Origin: an uncultured Planctomycetia bacterium
GTDB taxonomy: Bacteria; Omnitrophota; Gorgyraeia; Tantalellales; Tantalellaceae
DNA: 61,160 bases
NCBI GenBank assembly: GCA_964451815.1
Contig: CAYVIW010000004.1
Coordinates: 1 to 61,160 of the forward strand
Direction of reading: 5' to 3'
A program made the position numbers and the translations under genes. This document shows, one piece after another, positions 8,187 through 17,928 of this stretch (positions within the stretch are counted from its first letter, which is position 1; the number at the start of each line of letters is the position of its first letter). A model generated the notes under the pieces. It ran no database searches. It worked only from the letters and a program-made list of their open reading frames with translations, and was not told the origin of the DNA.

Positions 8187-9353
8187 ATGGTACCTGTAGA
8201 GATAAAAAAAGATATTTACTGGACAGGCGGAATAGACTGGGACCTCCGGAATTTTCACGGATATCTCACTCAGAGAGGGTCCACTTATAACTCCTATATA
8301 ATAAAGGACGAGAAGACCGTTCTTGTCGATACCGTTAAACATTATCTTTATGATGAGATGCTGTCAAGGATAAAGCGCGTAGCCGAACCCTCCTCGATAG
8401 ATTATATCATATGCAACCACGTGGAAATGGACCATTCCGGCAGTATCCCCAGGATAATGGAATTGTGCCCCGGCGCTACTGTCATAGTGTCTCCCAACGG
8501 TGAAAAGATACTTAAAAAGCATTACAATGCCGACTGGAATATAAAAGTCGCGAGTGCCGGGGATGTCCTCGATATCGGGAAGAGGCAACTTAAGTTCTTC
8601 CCCGTTCAGATGGTCCACTGGCCCGATTCAATGGTCACCTATGCGCCTGAGGATAAATTGCTTTTTTCCAACGATGCTTTCGGTCAGCATATCGCGTCAC
8701 CGGAAAGGTTCGACGATGAACTTGGCTGGGACATATTGGCAGAGGAGGCCGCTAAATATTACGCTAACATAGTGCTGCCCTACGGCTCCCAGGTCAAGAA
8801 AGCCTTAGAAGCGGTCTCCGGGCTTGATATAGATATGATAGCTCCAAGCCATGGCATTATCTGGAGGAAGAACATAAAGGAGATATCCGCTCTTTACGGA
8901 AAATGGGCGGATAACCATATGGAGAATAAGGCCGTAATAGTATATGATACCATGTGGCATTCCACCGAAAGGATAGCCCGGGCAGTCGGCGAGGCTTTCG
9001 AGAGCGCGGGGATAAATGCCGAGATGGCGAACCTTCAAGCCTTACATATATCAGATATCATGACAAAGATAATGACCGCCAAATATATATGCGTGGGGTC
9101 CCCTACGCTTAACAACGGGCTTTTACCCACAGTGGCCGCTTTTCTGGCTTACATGAAAGGATTGGCTCCTAAAAACCGGACGGCTCTGGCTTTCGGGTCT
9201 TATGGCTGGGGGGGTCAGAGCGTAGGTCTGATCGAAGAAGTGTTGTCCGGATGCGGTTTCAACCTGTGGGATAAAATAAAGATCCAGTGGGTGCCGGACA
9301 CTTCAGAGCTTGACGCGGTGAAAGAAAAAGTAAGAGCCTATCTTGAAAATTAG
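8187..9353 (+). CDS. fprA: Flavodiiron protein (rubredoxin:oxygen/NO oxidoreductase type)
   Basis: Metallo-beta-lactamase-like domain with HVEMDHSG diiron ligands, plus a C-terminal flavodoxin domain. Confidence 0.85.
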   Translation: MVPVEIKKDIYWTGGIDWDLRNFHGYLTQRGSTYNSYIIKDEKTVLVDTVKHYLYDEMLSRIKRVAEPSSIDYIICNHVEMDHSGSIPRIMELCPGATVIVSPNGEKILKKHYNADWNIKVASAGDVLDIGKRQLKFFPVQMVHWPDSMVTYAPEDKLLFSNDAFGQHIASPERFDDELGWDILAEEAAKYYANIVLPYGSQVKKALEAVSGLDIDMIAPSHGIIWRKNIKEISALYGKWADNHMENKAVIVYDTMWHSTERIARAVGEAFESAGINAEMANLQALHISDIMTKIMTAKYICVGSPTLNNGLLPTVAAFLAYMKGLAPKNRTALAFGSYGWGGQSVGLIEEVLSGCGFNLWDKIKIQWVPDTSELDAVKEKVRAYLEN

Positions 9354-9392
9354 AACATAGACCAGCTGCTACTTTAAAAGGAGGGACCGATC

Positions 9393-9770
9393 ATGACTAA
9401 GCTCAGGGAGATCTACAGATGTGAGATATGCGGGAATGTGGTTGAGATGCAGAATGAGGGTATAGGCGAACTTATTTGCTGTGGTCAGCCTATGATAAAA
9501 CTTGACGCGCGGACTGAAGATACGGGTCAGGAAAAGCATGTTCCTGTGGTAGAGGAGAGTGAAGCGGGAGTCACAGTAAAGGTGGGAAGCGTGGAGCACC
9601 CGATGGAAGAAAAACATTATATCAAATTCATAGAGGTCCTTACGGCCGACAAGGTTATAAAAGCCGAACTTAAGCCGGGACAAAAACCGGAAGCGTCTTT
9701 TTGCGTCAAAAAAGATGATATCGAGGAAGTGAGAGAATTCTGCAATGTGCATATGTTGTGGAAAGCATAA
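9393..9770 (+). CDS. dfx: Desulfoferrodoxin (2Fe superoxide reductase)
   Basis: N-terminal desulforedoxin cysteines (CEICGN...CCGQPM), EKHVPV, and the C-terminal CNVHMLW centre II ligands. 125 aa. Confidence 0.9.
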   Translation: MTKLREIYRCEICGNVVEMQNEGIGELICCGQPMIKLDARTEDTGQEKHVPVVEESEAGVTVKVGSVEHPMEEKHYIKFIEVLTADKVIKAELKPGQKPEASFCVKKDDIEEVREFCNVHMLWKA

Positions 9771-9793
9771 ACAAAAAAAGAAAGGAGATAAAA

Positions 9794-10369
9794 ATGGCGA
9801 GTTTGAAGGGAACGCAGACAGAGAAAAATCTTTTGGCCGCTTTTGCCGGTGAATCACAGGCCAGGAACCGGTATACCTATTTCGCGGGCGTGGCGAAAAA
9901 AGCTGGCTATGAGCAGATAGCGGCGGTATTTCTGGAGACGGCCGATAATGAAAAGGAACACGCCAAGATGTTCTTTAAGCATCTTGAAGGCGGCGAAGTC
10001 GAGATAACGGCTGCGTATCCGGCCGGCAAGATAGGGAATACCTCCGAGAACCTCGAGGCGGCGGCAGAAGGCGAAAAAATGGAATGGACCGCCATATACA
10101 AAGACTTCGAGAGCGTCGCGCGCGAGGAAGGATTTGAAGATGTGGCCGAGACTTTCAAGGAGATAGCGAAAGTCGAATCATGGCATGAAAAAAGGTACAG
10201 GTCTCTTCTCGCGAATGTAGAAGAAAGCAAAGTGTTCAAGAAAGGCTCCGCCGTAAAATGGCATTGCAGGAATTGCGGGTATGTGCATGAGGGCGAAGAG
10301 GCTCCCAAAGTATGCCCGGCATGTAAACACCCGCAGGCTCATTACGAATTGCTCGCGGAGAACTATTGA
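9794..10369 (+). CDS. rbr: Rubrerythrin
   Basis: TEKNLLAAFAGESQARNRY diiron domain plus a C-terminal rubredoxin-like CRNCGY...CPACKHP. ATG 9794 has a GGAG SD. The ORF-track start at 9758 overlaps dfx. Confidence 0.9.
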   Translation: MASLKGTQTEKNLLAAFAGESQARNRYTYFAGVAKKAGYEQIAAVFLETADNEKEHAKMFFKHLEGGEVEITAAYPAGKIGNTSENLEAAAEGEKMEWTAIYKDFESVAREEGFEDVAETFKEIAKVESWHEKRYRSLLANVEESKVFKKGSAVKWHCRNCGYVHEGEEAPKVCPACKHPQAHYELLAENY

Positions 10370-10381
10370 CAGGAGGGAGTT

Positions 10382-10861
10382 ATGGAGAAGAGATTTTCCG
10401 CCTGTGAGCTTATAGAGATGGGCGTACGTATAGAGGAGAACGGCAGGGACTTTTATCTGGCTCTTTGCGGAATGGCCCCGACACCGGAGGTCGAGTCCGC
10501 CTTCAGGGATCTCGCTCAAGCGGAAGAAGACCACATAAAGTTCTTTCGCGGGCTTTCCGGCCAGAGCTGCCAATTTGAGCCTATTGATGTATTCCCCGAG
10601 GAATATTTCGCGTATATACGGGCGCTGGCCGATCAATACATATTTACACGCAGTGATAGCGGCCGGGAAACGGCGGAGAACACGCAAACGTACGGTAAGG
10701 CCATAGACCTGGGCATAAAACTCGAAAAGGATTCCATCCTTTTCTACCAGGAGATGGGAAAGATACTTACGGAAAAGGACAGGGCGGTTCTCGACAAGGT
10801 GATAGATGAAGAGAGATCTCATCTCAGCAGGCTTGTGGAGATGAAAAAGACCACCGTGTAA
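10382..10861 (+). CDS. Ferritin-like/rubrerythrin-family diiron protein (no rubredoxin domain)
   Basis: Two E...ExxH pairs (IEENG / AEEDH and LEKDS / EERSH) in a four-helix-bundle-length protein. Confidence 0.65.
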   Translation: MEKRFSACELIEMGVRIEENGRDFYLALCGMAPTPEVESAFRDLAQAEEDHIKFFRGLSGQSCQFEPIDVFPEEYFAYIRALADQYIFTRSDSGRETAENTQTYGKAIDLGIKLEKDSILFYQEMGKILTEKDRAVLDKVIDEERSHLSRLVEMKKTTV

Positions 10862-10884
10862 AATAATGAACAGGGAGGGATAAC

Positions 10885-11124
10885 ATGAAGAACGTCAAAA
10901 TATACAGCACACCTACATGCCCATATTGTATCAAGGCCAAGAAATTCCTTGATGAGAACAATGTCGGCTATGAGAATGTTGATGTGTCCTCTGACCAGGC
11001 CGCCGCGCGCGAAGTAACGGAAAAGTCCGGGCAGATGGGGGTTCCGGTACTTGATATCGACGGCCGCATAATAGTAGGCTTCGACAGGGACGCTATATCG
11101 GACGCTCTCGGTATAAGTTCATAG
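10885..11124 (+). CDS. Glutaredoxin-like small redoxin (NrdH/YruB-like)
   Basis: 79 aa with a CPYC active site after an N-terminal beta strand (KIYSTPTCPYCIKAK). Confidence 0.8.
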   Translation: MKNVKIYSTPTCPYCIKAKKFLDENNVGYENVDVSSDQAAAREVTEKSGQMGVPVLDIDGRIIVGFDRDAISDALGISS

Positions 11125-11184
11125 TTCTGGTCGCCCGGTTAATGGTCGATCGAAGAGGGGCAAGGCGCGAAACAGCGGAGGAAT

Positions 11185-12096
11185 GTGGGAAAAATATATG
11201 ATGTCATAATAGCCGGGGCCGGCCCGGCGGGTATTACGGCAAGCGTTTACGCCGCGCGTAAAAGGATGGATCTTCTGGTCCTCACCGAAGATATCGGCGG
11301 ACAGACCGTATGGAGCGGAGATATAGAGAACTATACGGGGTACCAGTTCATATCCGGTGTGGAACTGGCCGGTAAGTTCGAGGAACACATAAAGCAATAC
11401 GGCATAGAGGTCAGGGAGAAAGAACCTGTTACGGCCATAGAGCGCGAAGGGGAACTTTTAAAGATCTTTACCGCTCACGGAGAATACCTGTCGAAGACCC
11501 TTATAGTGGCTTCCGGCAAGAGATCACGGGAGCTGAATGTGCCGGGAGAAAAAGAGTTCAGGAACCGGGGTCTGGCTTACTGCGCCACATGCGATGCCCC
11601 GCTTTTCGCTGATAAGGACGTGGCTGTTATCGGAGGCGGTAATTCCGCCCTCGAGGCAGGGCTCCAGCTGGTAAAAATAGCCAGAAAGATATATGTGGTG
11701 AATATCGCGCCCGATCTCACCGGCGACGCTATAATGCGAGAGAAGCTCGTGGGGCACGAAAAGGTAACGGTCATGAACAAAACAAAGGTATTGGCCGTCT
11801 CCGGGGATAAGTTCGTTGAGTCTATAAGTGTGGAGAACGAGGATGGACGCCAAGAGATCGATGCGCAGGGAGTTTTCGTTGAGATAGGCCTTATCCCTAA
11901 TACCGCTTTCAAGAGCGACCTCGAGCTTAATGAGCTTGGAGAGATAAAAGTAAATAACTGTACCGAGACCAATATCAGGGGCATTTTCGCGGCGGGAGAC
12001 GTCACGGAAGTTCCGGAAAAACAGATAATAATCGCGGCCGGGGAAGGGGCAAAGGCCGCTCTAAGAGCTTTTAATTATGTGGTAAGGTCCAGCTAG
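11185..12096 (+). CDS. trxB: Thioredoxin-disulfide reductase family flavoprotein
   Basis: VIIAGAGPAG FAD motif, CATCD redox pair, and a second GGGNSALEAG dinucleotide motif. GTG start. Confidence 0.8.
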   Translation: MGKIYDVIIAGAGPAGITASVYAARKRMDLLVLTEDIGGQTVWSGDIENYTGYQFISGVELAGKFEEHIKQYGIEVREKEPVTAIEREGELLKIFTAHGEYLSKTLIVASGKRSRELNVPGEKEFRNRGLAYCATCDAPLFADKDVAVIGGGNSALEAGLQLVKIARKIYVVNIAPDLTGDAIMREKLVGHEKVTVMNKTKVLAVSGDKFVESISVENEDGRQEIDAQGVFVEIGLIPNTAFKSDLELNELGEIKVNNCTETNIRGIFAAGDVTEVPEKQIIIAAGEGAKAALRAFNYVVRSS

Positions 12097-12119
12097 TTTA
12101 GATATCCCCGCGGTGACAT

Positions 12120-12752
12120 ATGACAGGCGCGCTTCAGTCCGAATACAGAAAAAAGAAAAAGGCCATAAAAAAAAGGCTCGAGGATTTTTCAAAAATATGG
12201 GGGCAGTCCGACAAGAGGATATTTTCCGAGCTCTGTTTTTGTATATGCACTCCCCAGTCCAAGGCGGTTTACTGTGACAGGGCGGTTTCCGAGCTCTATG
12301 ACAGCGGTAAGCTTTTTACCGGTAACGAGAAAGATGTAAGGGCCTCTCTCAGGGCGGTCAGGTTCCCGAATAATAAGGCGCGTTATATAGTCGGGGCCAG
12401 AGAGTTCTTTTCAAAAGGCGGCCGCATAAGGATAAAACAAGAAATAGATCCAGATGATATCCTGGCCACGAGAGATAGGATCGTAATGAGTGTGAAAGGC
12501 CTGGGGTATAAGGAAGCAAGTCATTTTTTGAGGAACATCGGGCACGGCAGGGACCTTGCTATTCTTGACGTGCATATACTTCGCAACATGAAACGGTATG
12601 GTGTAATAGAAGAGATACCAGAATGTATCAGCAAAAAATGTTATTTCAGCCTTGAAGACAAAATAAAGACCTTTTCGCGGGAAATAGAGATACCTGTGGC
12701 TGAGCTTGATATTCTCCTCTGGTCAATGGAGACGGGAATAATATTCAAATAA
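12120..12752 (+). CDS. ogg: 8-oxoguanine DNA glycosylase/AP lyase, OGG2 (archaeal-type) family
   Basis: HhH-GPD signature VKGLGYKEASHFLRNIG...AILDVH, ~210 aa as in OGG2 enzymes. Confidence 0.75.
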   Translation: MTGALQSEYRKKKKAIKKRLEDFSKIWGQSDKRIFSELCFCICTPQSKAVYCDRAVSELYDSGKLFTGNEKDVRASLRAVRFPNNKARYIVGAREFFSKGGRIRIKQEIDPDDILATRDRIVMSVKGLGYKEASHFLRNIGHGRDLAILDVHILRNMKRYGVIEEIPECISKKCYFSLEDKIKTFSREIEIPVAELDILLWSMETGIIFK

Positions 12753-12799
12753 GCTCCCATCCGCGCTTTCGGCAGTGCTCTTGAATTTAAAGGGGGCAG

Positions 12800-13882
12800 A
12801 TGCAGATCATCACCGGCATACTCAGAGAATCATATTTTCTTTTGGTGCGCATGGCGCCTTATCTCCTTATGGGATATATTTTCGCGGGCGCTCTGCATAT
12901 CTTTCTTAAAACAGAGACAATAACCAGACACCTGGGTAAAAGCAGTTTTCTTTCTGTTATAAAAGCATCGCTTTTCGGGATACCCTTACCTCTATGTTCG
13001 TGTTCCGTTATCCCGGCGGCTATGTCATTGCGGAAAGAAGGGGCATCGAGGGGGGCGGTGCTTTCGTTCCTCATTTCAACCCCCACCACCGGGGTGGATT
13101 CAATACTGGCCACTTATTCGCTCCTCGGGGGGCTCTTTACTGCTTACAGGGTAGCGGCATCTTTTGTGGCCGGGGTCTTTTCCGGGGTTCTGGCTAATCT
13201 GTTCCTGAAAGATCGGCCGGATGCGGAAAACCTTCCCCTGGAGGCGGAATGCAAATTATGTCATAAAGAAGAAAGCGCCGAGCATCAGGCTCACGGCCAT
13301 GGCATTGCCGAAAAGATCCGCGGCCTTTTCAGGTACGCTTTTATAGACCTTCTTAAAGATACAGGGCCGCCTCTTCTGGTGGGCATATTTATAGGCGGGG
13401 CCATAACGTTCTATATGCCCGACAGATTCATAGAGGCCCATCTTGGTTCGGGCATTATCCCGATGCTGTTGATGCTTGTCGTGGGTATTCCCATGTATGT
13501 GTGCGCGAACGCTTCTATTCCCATAGCGGCCGCCCTTATGCTCAAGGGTCTGGCTCCGGGCGCGGCCTTTGTTTTTCTTGTTGCCGGTCCAGCTACCAAT
13601 ATAGTAACGATGGCCGTAGTAGAGAAGAACATGGGCAAAGGGGCTCTGGCGATATATCTCGGTTCGATCTCTTTTTCCAGTGTGGCTATGGGGTATGGCC
13701 TCAATGTCATATGGAGATATTTTTACGCGGCCGATCCTATTCATCATCTGGCTCATCGCGGATGGATGATCCCGGCTTATGTGGGTGTCGCTTCCAGTGT
13801 GGTGCTTTTAGTTTTTATAGCTATGGACCTTGTAAAGAGATTCCTGCCGGCAAAAAAGACAGGGGGGACCTGTCATGAATAA
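12800..13882 (+). CDS. Permease of the DUF318/ArsP (SO_0444-like metal transporter) family
   Basis: Polytopic membrane protein with an LPLCSCSVIPA motif and a His/Cys-rich loop (CKLCHKEESAEHQAHGHG). Confidence 0.65.
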   Translation: MQIITGILRESYFLLVRMAPYLLMGYIFAGALHIFLKTETITRHLGKSSFLSVIKASLFGIPLPLCSCSVIPAAMSLRKEGASRGAVLSFLISTPTTGVDSILATYSLLGGLFTAYRVAASFVAGVFSGVLANLFLKDRPDAENLPLEAECKLCHKEESAEHQAHGHGIAEKIRGLFRYAFIDLLKDTGPPLLVGIFIGGAITFYMPDRFIEAHLGSGIIPMLLMLVVGIPMYVCANASIPIAAALMLKGLAPGAAFVFLVAGPATNIVTMAVVEKNMGKGALAIYLGSISFSSVAMGYGLNVIWRYFYAADPIHHLAHRGWMIPAYVGVASSVVLLVFIAMDLVKRFLPAKKTGGTCHE

Positions 13883-14603
13883 CATATCTCTTGGTGTCGC
13901 GTTCGTCGCGGGAATATTCTCTTTTCTGTCCCCATGTGTTCTGCCCCTTATTCCCGGCTATATATCTTTCATATCCGGGGTTTCGTTCGAAGAGTTGAGC
14001 GGCCCCTCTCAGAAGAAGAGATTCATGGCCAAAGTGGTCGTGACCGCCGTAGCCTTTGTTCTGGGGTTCTCTGTTGTTTTCGTTGCTCTTGGAGCCTCAG
14101 CGACCATTTTGGGGCAGGTTCTCATCAGGCATATACATATGCTCACCAGGGCTGCGGGTATCATTATAGTGATACTCGGATTACACCTCACCGGCGTCTT
14201 CCGGATCCGGTGGCTTGAATACCAGAAGAAAATGAACGTAAATAATGTGTCTCCCGGGATAATGGGAGCTTTCCTGGTAGGGCTGGCTTTCGCTTTCGGA
14301 TGGACGCCCTGCATAGGCCCCATACTGGGCGGAATACTTGTTATGGCAGCGTCCGAAGGAACGGTGACAAAAGGCATATCACTTCTTGGGATGTATTCAT
14401 TGGGGTTGGGAATACCGTTTATTGTTACGGCTTTCGCCACAGGTTTTTTTCTCAAGCTGTTCGGTAAATACCGCAGGTTCATACGGTGGGGTGAGATAGC
14501 GGCGGGGATCTTTCTTGTGATAGTGGGGATCATCGTCTTTTTCGATAAGATGGGGGTAATAGGATATTACATAGGTTCGCTCTTCGGAGCGTCATCGCCT
14601 TAA
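13875..14603 (+). CDS. ccdA: Cytochrome c biogenesis/thiol-disulfide transporter CcdA (DsbD core)
   Basis: FLSPCVLPLIPGY and WTPCIGPILG motifs, about 6 TM segments. Overlaps the upstream stop. Confidence 0.85.
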   Translation: MNNISLGVAFVAGIFSFLSPCVLPLIPGYISFISGVSFEELSGPSQKKRFMAKVVVTAVAFVLGFSVVFVALGASATILGQVLIRHIHMLTRAAGIIIVILGLHLTGVFRIRWLEYQKKMNVNNVSPGIMGAFLVGLAFAFGWTPCIGPILGGILVMAASEGTVTKGISLLGMYSLGLGIPFIVTAFATGFFLKLFGKYRRFIRWGEIAAGIFLVIVGIIVFFDKMGVIGYYIGSLFGASSP

Positions 14604-14618
14604 GAGGGGAGGTTTCAA

Positions 14619-15143
14619 ATGAGAAATTCAAAAAGACCGTTTTTCCTGGCGGTCATTTTATCTTTAATGTCTGTAAGTCTTCTGTCTTGCGGGAATGTAA
14701 CGGCTAAGGTAGACAGCTCCGCTTCCGCCCCGGATTTTACTTTAAGGACTCCCGGAGGTGAAAGCTATAATTTTTACGATAACACAAAGGGCAAGGTAGT
14801 GATATTGACCTTCTGGGCCCAGAGGTGTCCTCCCTGCAGGGCCAAGATACCTCATCTTATAGAGCTGTACAGTAAGTATAAAGACGAGGGGCTGGAAGTG
14901 ATAGGTATCGATGTGGACGCTTCAGCGCCCGCGAGAATGAAGGATTTTATGGAAGAGTGGGATATGAATTACACTGTCCTTATCGGGAGCCGGTCTGATA
15001 TAGCGGGCGTCGCTTCCAGTTACGGCGGGATCCGGTTTATTCCCGCCACTTTCATAATAGACCGCAAGGGCCGGATAGTCGAAAGGATAAACGGTCCGGG
15101 GACACCTGAACAGATGGAGGAGAGTATCAAAGAACTTCTGTGA
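14619..15143 (+). CDS. TlpA/ResA-like thiol:disulfide oxidoreductase, probable lipoprotein
   Basis: Lipobox-like LLSCG, thioredoxin fold with WAQRCPPCRAKIP. Confidence 0.8.
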   Translation: MRNSKRPFFLAVILSLMSVSLLSCGNVTAKVDSSASAPDFTLRTPGGESYNFYDNTKGKVVILTFWAQRCPPCRAKIPHLIELYSKYKDEGLEVIGIDVDASAPARMKDFMEEWDMNYTVLIGSRSDIAGVASSYGGIRFIPATFIIDRKGRIVERINGPGTPEQMEESIKELL

Positions 15144-15213
15144 TAATTGTTTGACAAATGATATCTCCGTAGCATCAAAATAAATGATAAAGCTTTAACG
15201 CGAAGAGAGATCA

Positions 15214-15648
15214 ATGAAGATCATAACAAGGGATACTGATTACGCGATAAGGGCGCTCTGTTGTATAGTGGGTTCCGCCAGCGGCAAGGTGACCGTTACG
15301 GACCTGTCGGAGGAGCTTGATATACCGAGGCCCTTTTTAAGGAAGATCTTCCAGAAACTGAATAAAAAGGGCGTATTGAGATCTTTCAAAGGTAAAAAGG
15401 GAGGGTTTTTTCTTGCTGCCGACCCTCGGAAGATAACAATACTGGACCTTGTGGAGATATTGCAGGGAGTTTTTCGTCTTAGCGACCATATGTTCAAAGG
15501 AAAGATATGCCCTGAGATCAGGACATGTTATCTTAAGAAAAGGCTCGACAAACTTGAGAAAAACGTCAAAAAAGACCTGGCCTCGATAACCATAAGTGAA
15601 CTTGTGAGACAAGGAGATAAGGGCAAAGAGCGCAGAGCCAAGAAGTAA
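15214..15648 (+). CDS. Rrf2-family transcriptional regulator
   Basis: N-terminal wHTH (TRDTDYAIRAL...LRKIFQKLNKKGVLRS). Only two clustered cysteines (CPEIRTC) are visible. Confidence 0.8.
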   Translation: MKIITRDTDYAIRALCCIVGSASGKVTVTDLSEELDIPRPFLRKIFQKLNKKGVLRSFKGKKGGFFLAADPRKITILDLVEILQGVFRLSDHMFKGKICPEIRTCYLKKRLDKLEKNVKKDLASITISELVRQGDKGKERRAKK

Positions 15649-16043
15649 GGGCAAAAGGGTAATATGCAACGTAATGCGCCCGACTACGGCGGTAACGGCA
15701 GGTTAACTCGCTCTTGACGCTTCCCGTCATTATTCCGCTTAAAATACTAAAGGTGCTGGTGGAGAATTTCGCTATAAGATCTATATTCGTTCCGGGAAAA
15801 GGCCTTATTACGGCGCTGGCTTCTCCGGCCCAATAAATGGATGGACTCTAAAAGCGGTTTAATATAGAATATACCCTCCAGAGTTCAGGTATCTTAATAA
15901 AGGAGAAAAGAGGGAAGTAGTAAGCTATGATCCCCGCAAGATCCCGGGGTCATATTTAAGACTGTTGCGGTAAAGTAGCCGCAGATCCGCTGCCGCGGAC
16001 GAGATTAAAATATAAAAGAAAAAAAGAAAGGAAGGAAAACGCA

Positions 16044-17015
16044 ATGCACAGTTACAAAGACCTGGGATTAACTCCCACAAAAGACATGTATGTCGGGGCG
16101 ATAGACGGCAAATACGGTATCCCCGGATATAATTTCAATAACCTGGAACAGCTTCAGGCCATAATGACGGCCTGCATAGAGACATCTTCTCCGGTGATAC
16201 TGCAGGTCTCTTCAGGCGCCAGAAAATACGCCAACCAGACGCTTTTACGGCATCTGGCCAACGGCGCGATGGACCTTGTCAAAGAGGCCGGTTCAAACAT
16301 TCCTGTGGCGCTTCATCTGGACCACGGGGACACTTATGAGTTATGCGTATCATGTATAGAAACAGGCTTCTCATCCGTAATGATAGACGGCAGCTCACAT
16401 TCTTTTGAGGATAATATAGCCCTTACCAAAAAAGTTGTGGAATATGCCCACAAACACGGTGTTTCTGTGGAGGGAGAGCTCGGCGTGCTGGCCGGCATAG
16501 AGGATGAAGTGAGTCATGAGGTGAGCCATTATACCAAGCCCGAAGAAGTCGAGGAATTCGTAAAAAAGACCGGGGTGGACTCTCTGGCCATATCGATAGG
16601 GACTTCCCACGGTGCGTATAAGTTCAAGCTCAAGCCGGGAGAGGAAGTTCCCCCTCTGAGGTTCGACATACTTGAAGAAGTGGAGAGGCGGATCCCGGGG
16701 TTCCCGATAGTGCTTCACGGAGCCAGTTCCGTAATGCCCGAATATGTCGAAGCTATCAATAAATACGGCGGCAAAATGGACAACGCTGTGGGTGTTCCCG
16801 AAGACCAGCTAAGGAAAGCGGCTGAGTCCTCGGTTTGCAAGATCAACATAGATTCGGACGGAAGGCTTGCTATGACGGCCAAGGTCAGGGAAGTACTGGC
16901 GACCAAACCAGGAGAGTTCGACCCCAGAAAGTATCTTGGTCCGGCGCGTGACGAGCTTATAAAGATGTATAAGCACAAGAACGAGAATGTTCTTGGAAGC
17001 GCCGGTAAAGCTTGA
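16044..17015 (+). CDS. fba: Class II fructose-1,6-bisphosphate aldolase
   Basis: LHLDHG, GTSHGAYKF and LHGASS motifs. 323 aa. Confidence 0.9.
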   Translation: MHSYKDLGLTPTKDMYVGAIDGKYGIPGYNFNNLEQLQAIMTACIETSSPVILQVSSGARKYANQTLLRHLANGAMDLVKEAGSNIPVALHLDHGDTYELCVSCIETGFSSVMIDGSSHSFEDNIALTKKVVEYAHKHGVSVEGELGVLAGIEDEVSHEVSHYTKPEEVEEFVKKTGVDSLAISIGTSHGAYKFKLKPGEEVPPLRFDILEEVERRIPGFPIVLHGASSVMPEYVEAINKYGGKMDNAVGVPEDQLRKAAESSVCKINIDSDGRLAMTAKVREVLATKPGEFDPRKYLGPARDELIKMYKHKNENVLGSAGKA

Positions 17016-17044
17016 TATATCGGAAAGAGTGAGGGAAAACAGCC

Positions 17045-17878
17045 TTAGGGGTATTCAGCGGCCAGTTGTTTGTAGATCTCGGCCTCATTATGTTTGCCGT
17101 GTTTTTTACATCCGGCGGAGAAGATGCCGCATTTTTTCCTTAATTCCATGACAGTGGCCGCGCGGTGTTTTTCCTGGAGAGAGCCCGAATGCAGCATTTT
17201 TTCAAGGGCCTTTATCCTGAACCGGTCCAGTCCCCATACTTTTGAAGACAGCTGGTCGGGCCTTCCGCCGTCCTTTATCGTAAGCTCTTCCGGGATGAGC
17301 CTGACCTCATAACGGTTAGTTATTCTGAGCCAGAGGTCATAGTCTTCACAGGCTTCCAGGGATTCGTCAAAACGCCCTGTTTCTTCCAATACGCTTTTTT
17401 CCACTACCGCCGTGGATATGCTTATACAGCAAAGAGCGAGGGCTTTTTCATATACGTGCCCGGAAGGCTTGGCGTGTTTTTTCTTTTGCGCGAGCAGGCG
17501 GCCTTTTCTGTACCAGACTTCGTTTGTATGAAAAACACTGATCTTCGGGGAATGTTCTATGTGCCAGAGAGATCTTTCGAGTTTTTCGGGTTTCCAGCGG
17601 TCATCGGAGTCAAGAAAAGCCATAAAACGTCCGCGGGCCATCTCCAGAGCCCTGTTACGCGCGCTGGATACCCCGCGGTTAGATTGGAAAACATATTTCA
17701 ACCGGCTGTCGTTAAAGGATCCTATAAGGTCTTGTGTCCTGTCGGTAGACCCGTCATCGACTATTATTAGCTCAAAGTCACCGCATGTTTGGGACAGTAC
17801 CGATCGCGCGGCTTTCTCCAGAAAGTCCCTGCGGTTGAAAGTAGGTATTATCACAGAAAAGAAAGGTTGAGCTCGCAT
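17045..17878 (-). CDS. Family 2 glycosyltransferase
   Basis: FSVIIPTFNR, VDDGSTD and LDSDD motifs. Confidence 0.85.
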   Translation of the reverse strand: MRAQPFFSVIIPTFNRRDFLEKAARSVLSQTCGDFELIIVDDGSTDRTQDLIGSFNDSRLKYVFQSNRGVSSARNRALEMARGRFMAFLDSDDRWKPEKLERSLWHIEHSPKISVFHTNEVWYRKGRLLAQKKKHAKPSGHVYEKALALCCISISTAVVEKSVLEETGRFDESLEACEDYDLWLRITNRYEVRLIPEELTIKDGGRPDQLSSKVWGLDRFRIKALEKMLHSGSLQEKHRAATVMELRKKCGIFSAGCKKHGKHNEAEIYKQLAAEYP

Positions 17879-17928
17879 GGGTTTATTATATAATATATTT
17901 AGTGATCATACCAGATTCAGGAGGAAAA

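Noticed and set aside
13501-14218. Alternative-frame + strand ORFs (13501-13878, 13934-14218, 12994-13197) within the permease and ccdA genes
   Set aside because: They have Arg/Gly/Ser-rich compositions typical of off-frame translation of membrane-protein genes. The in-frame products have clear family motifs.
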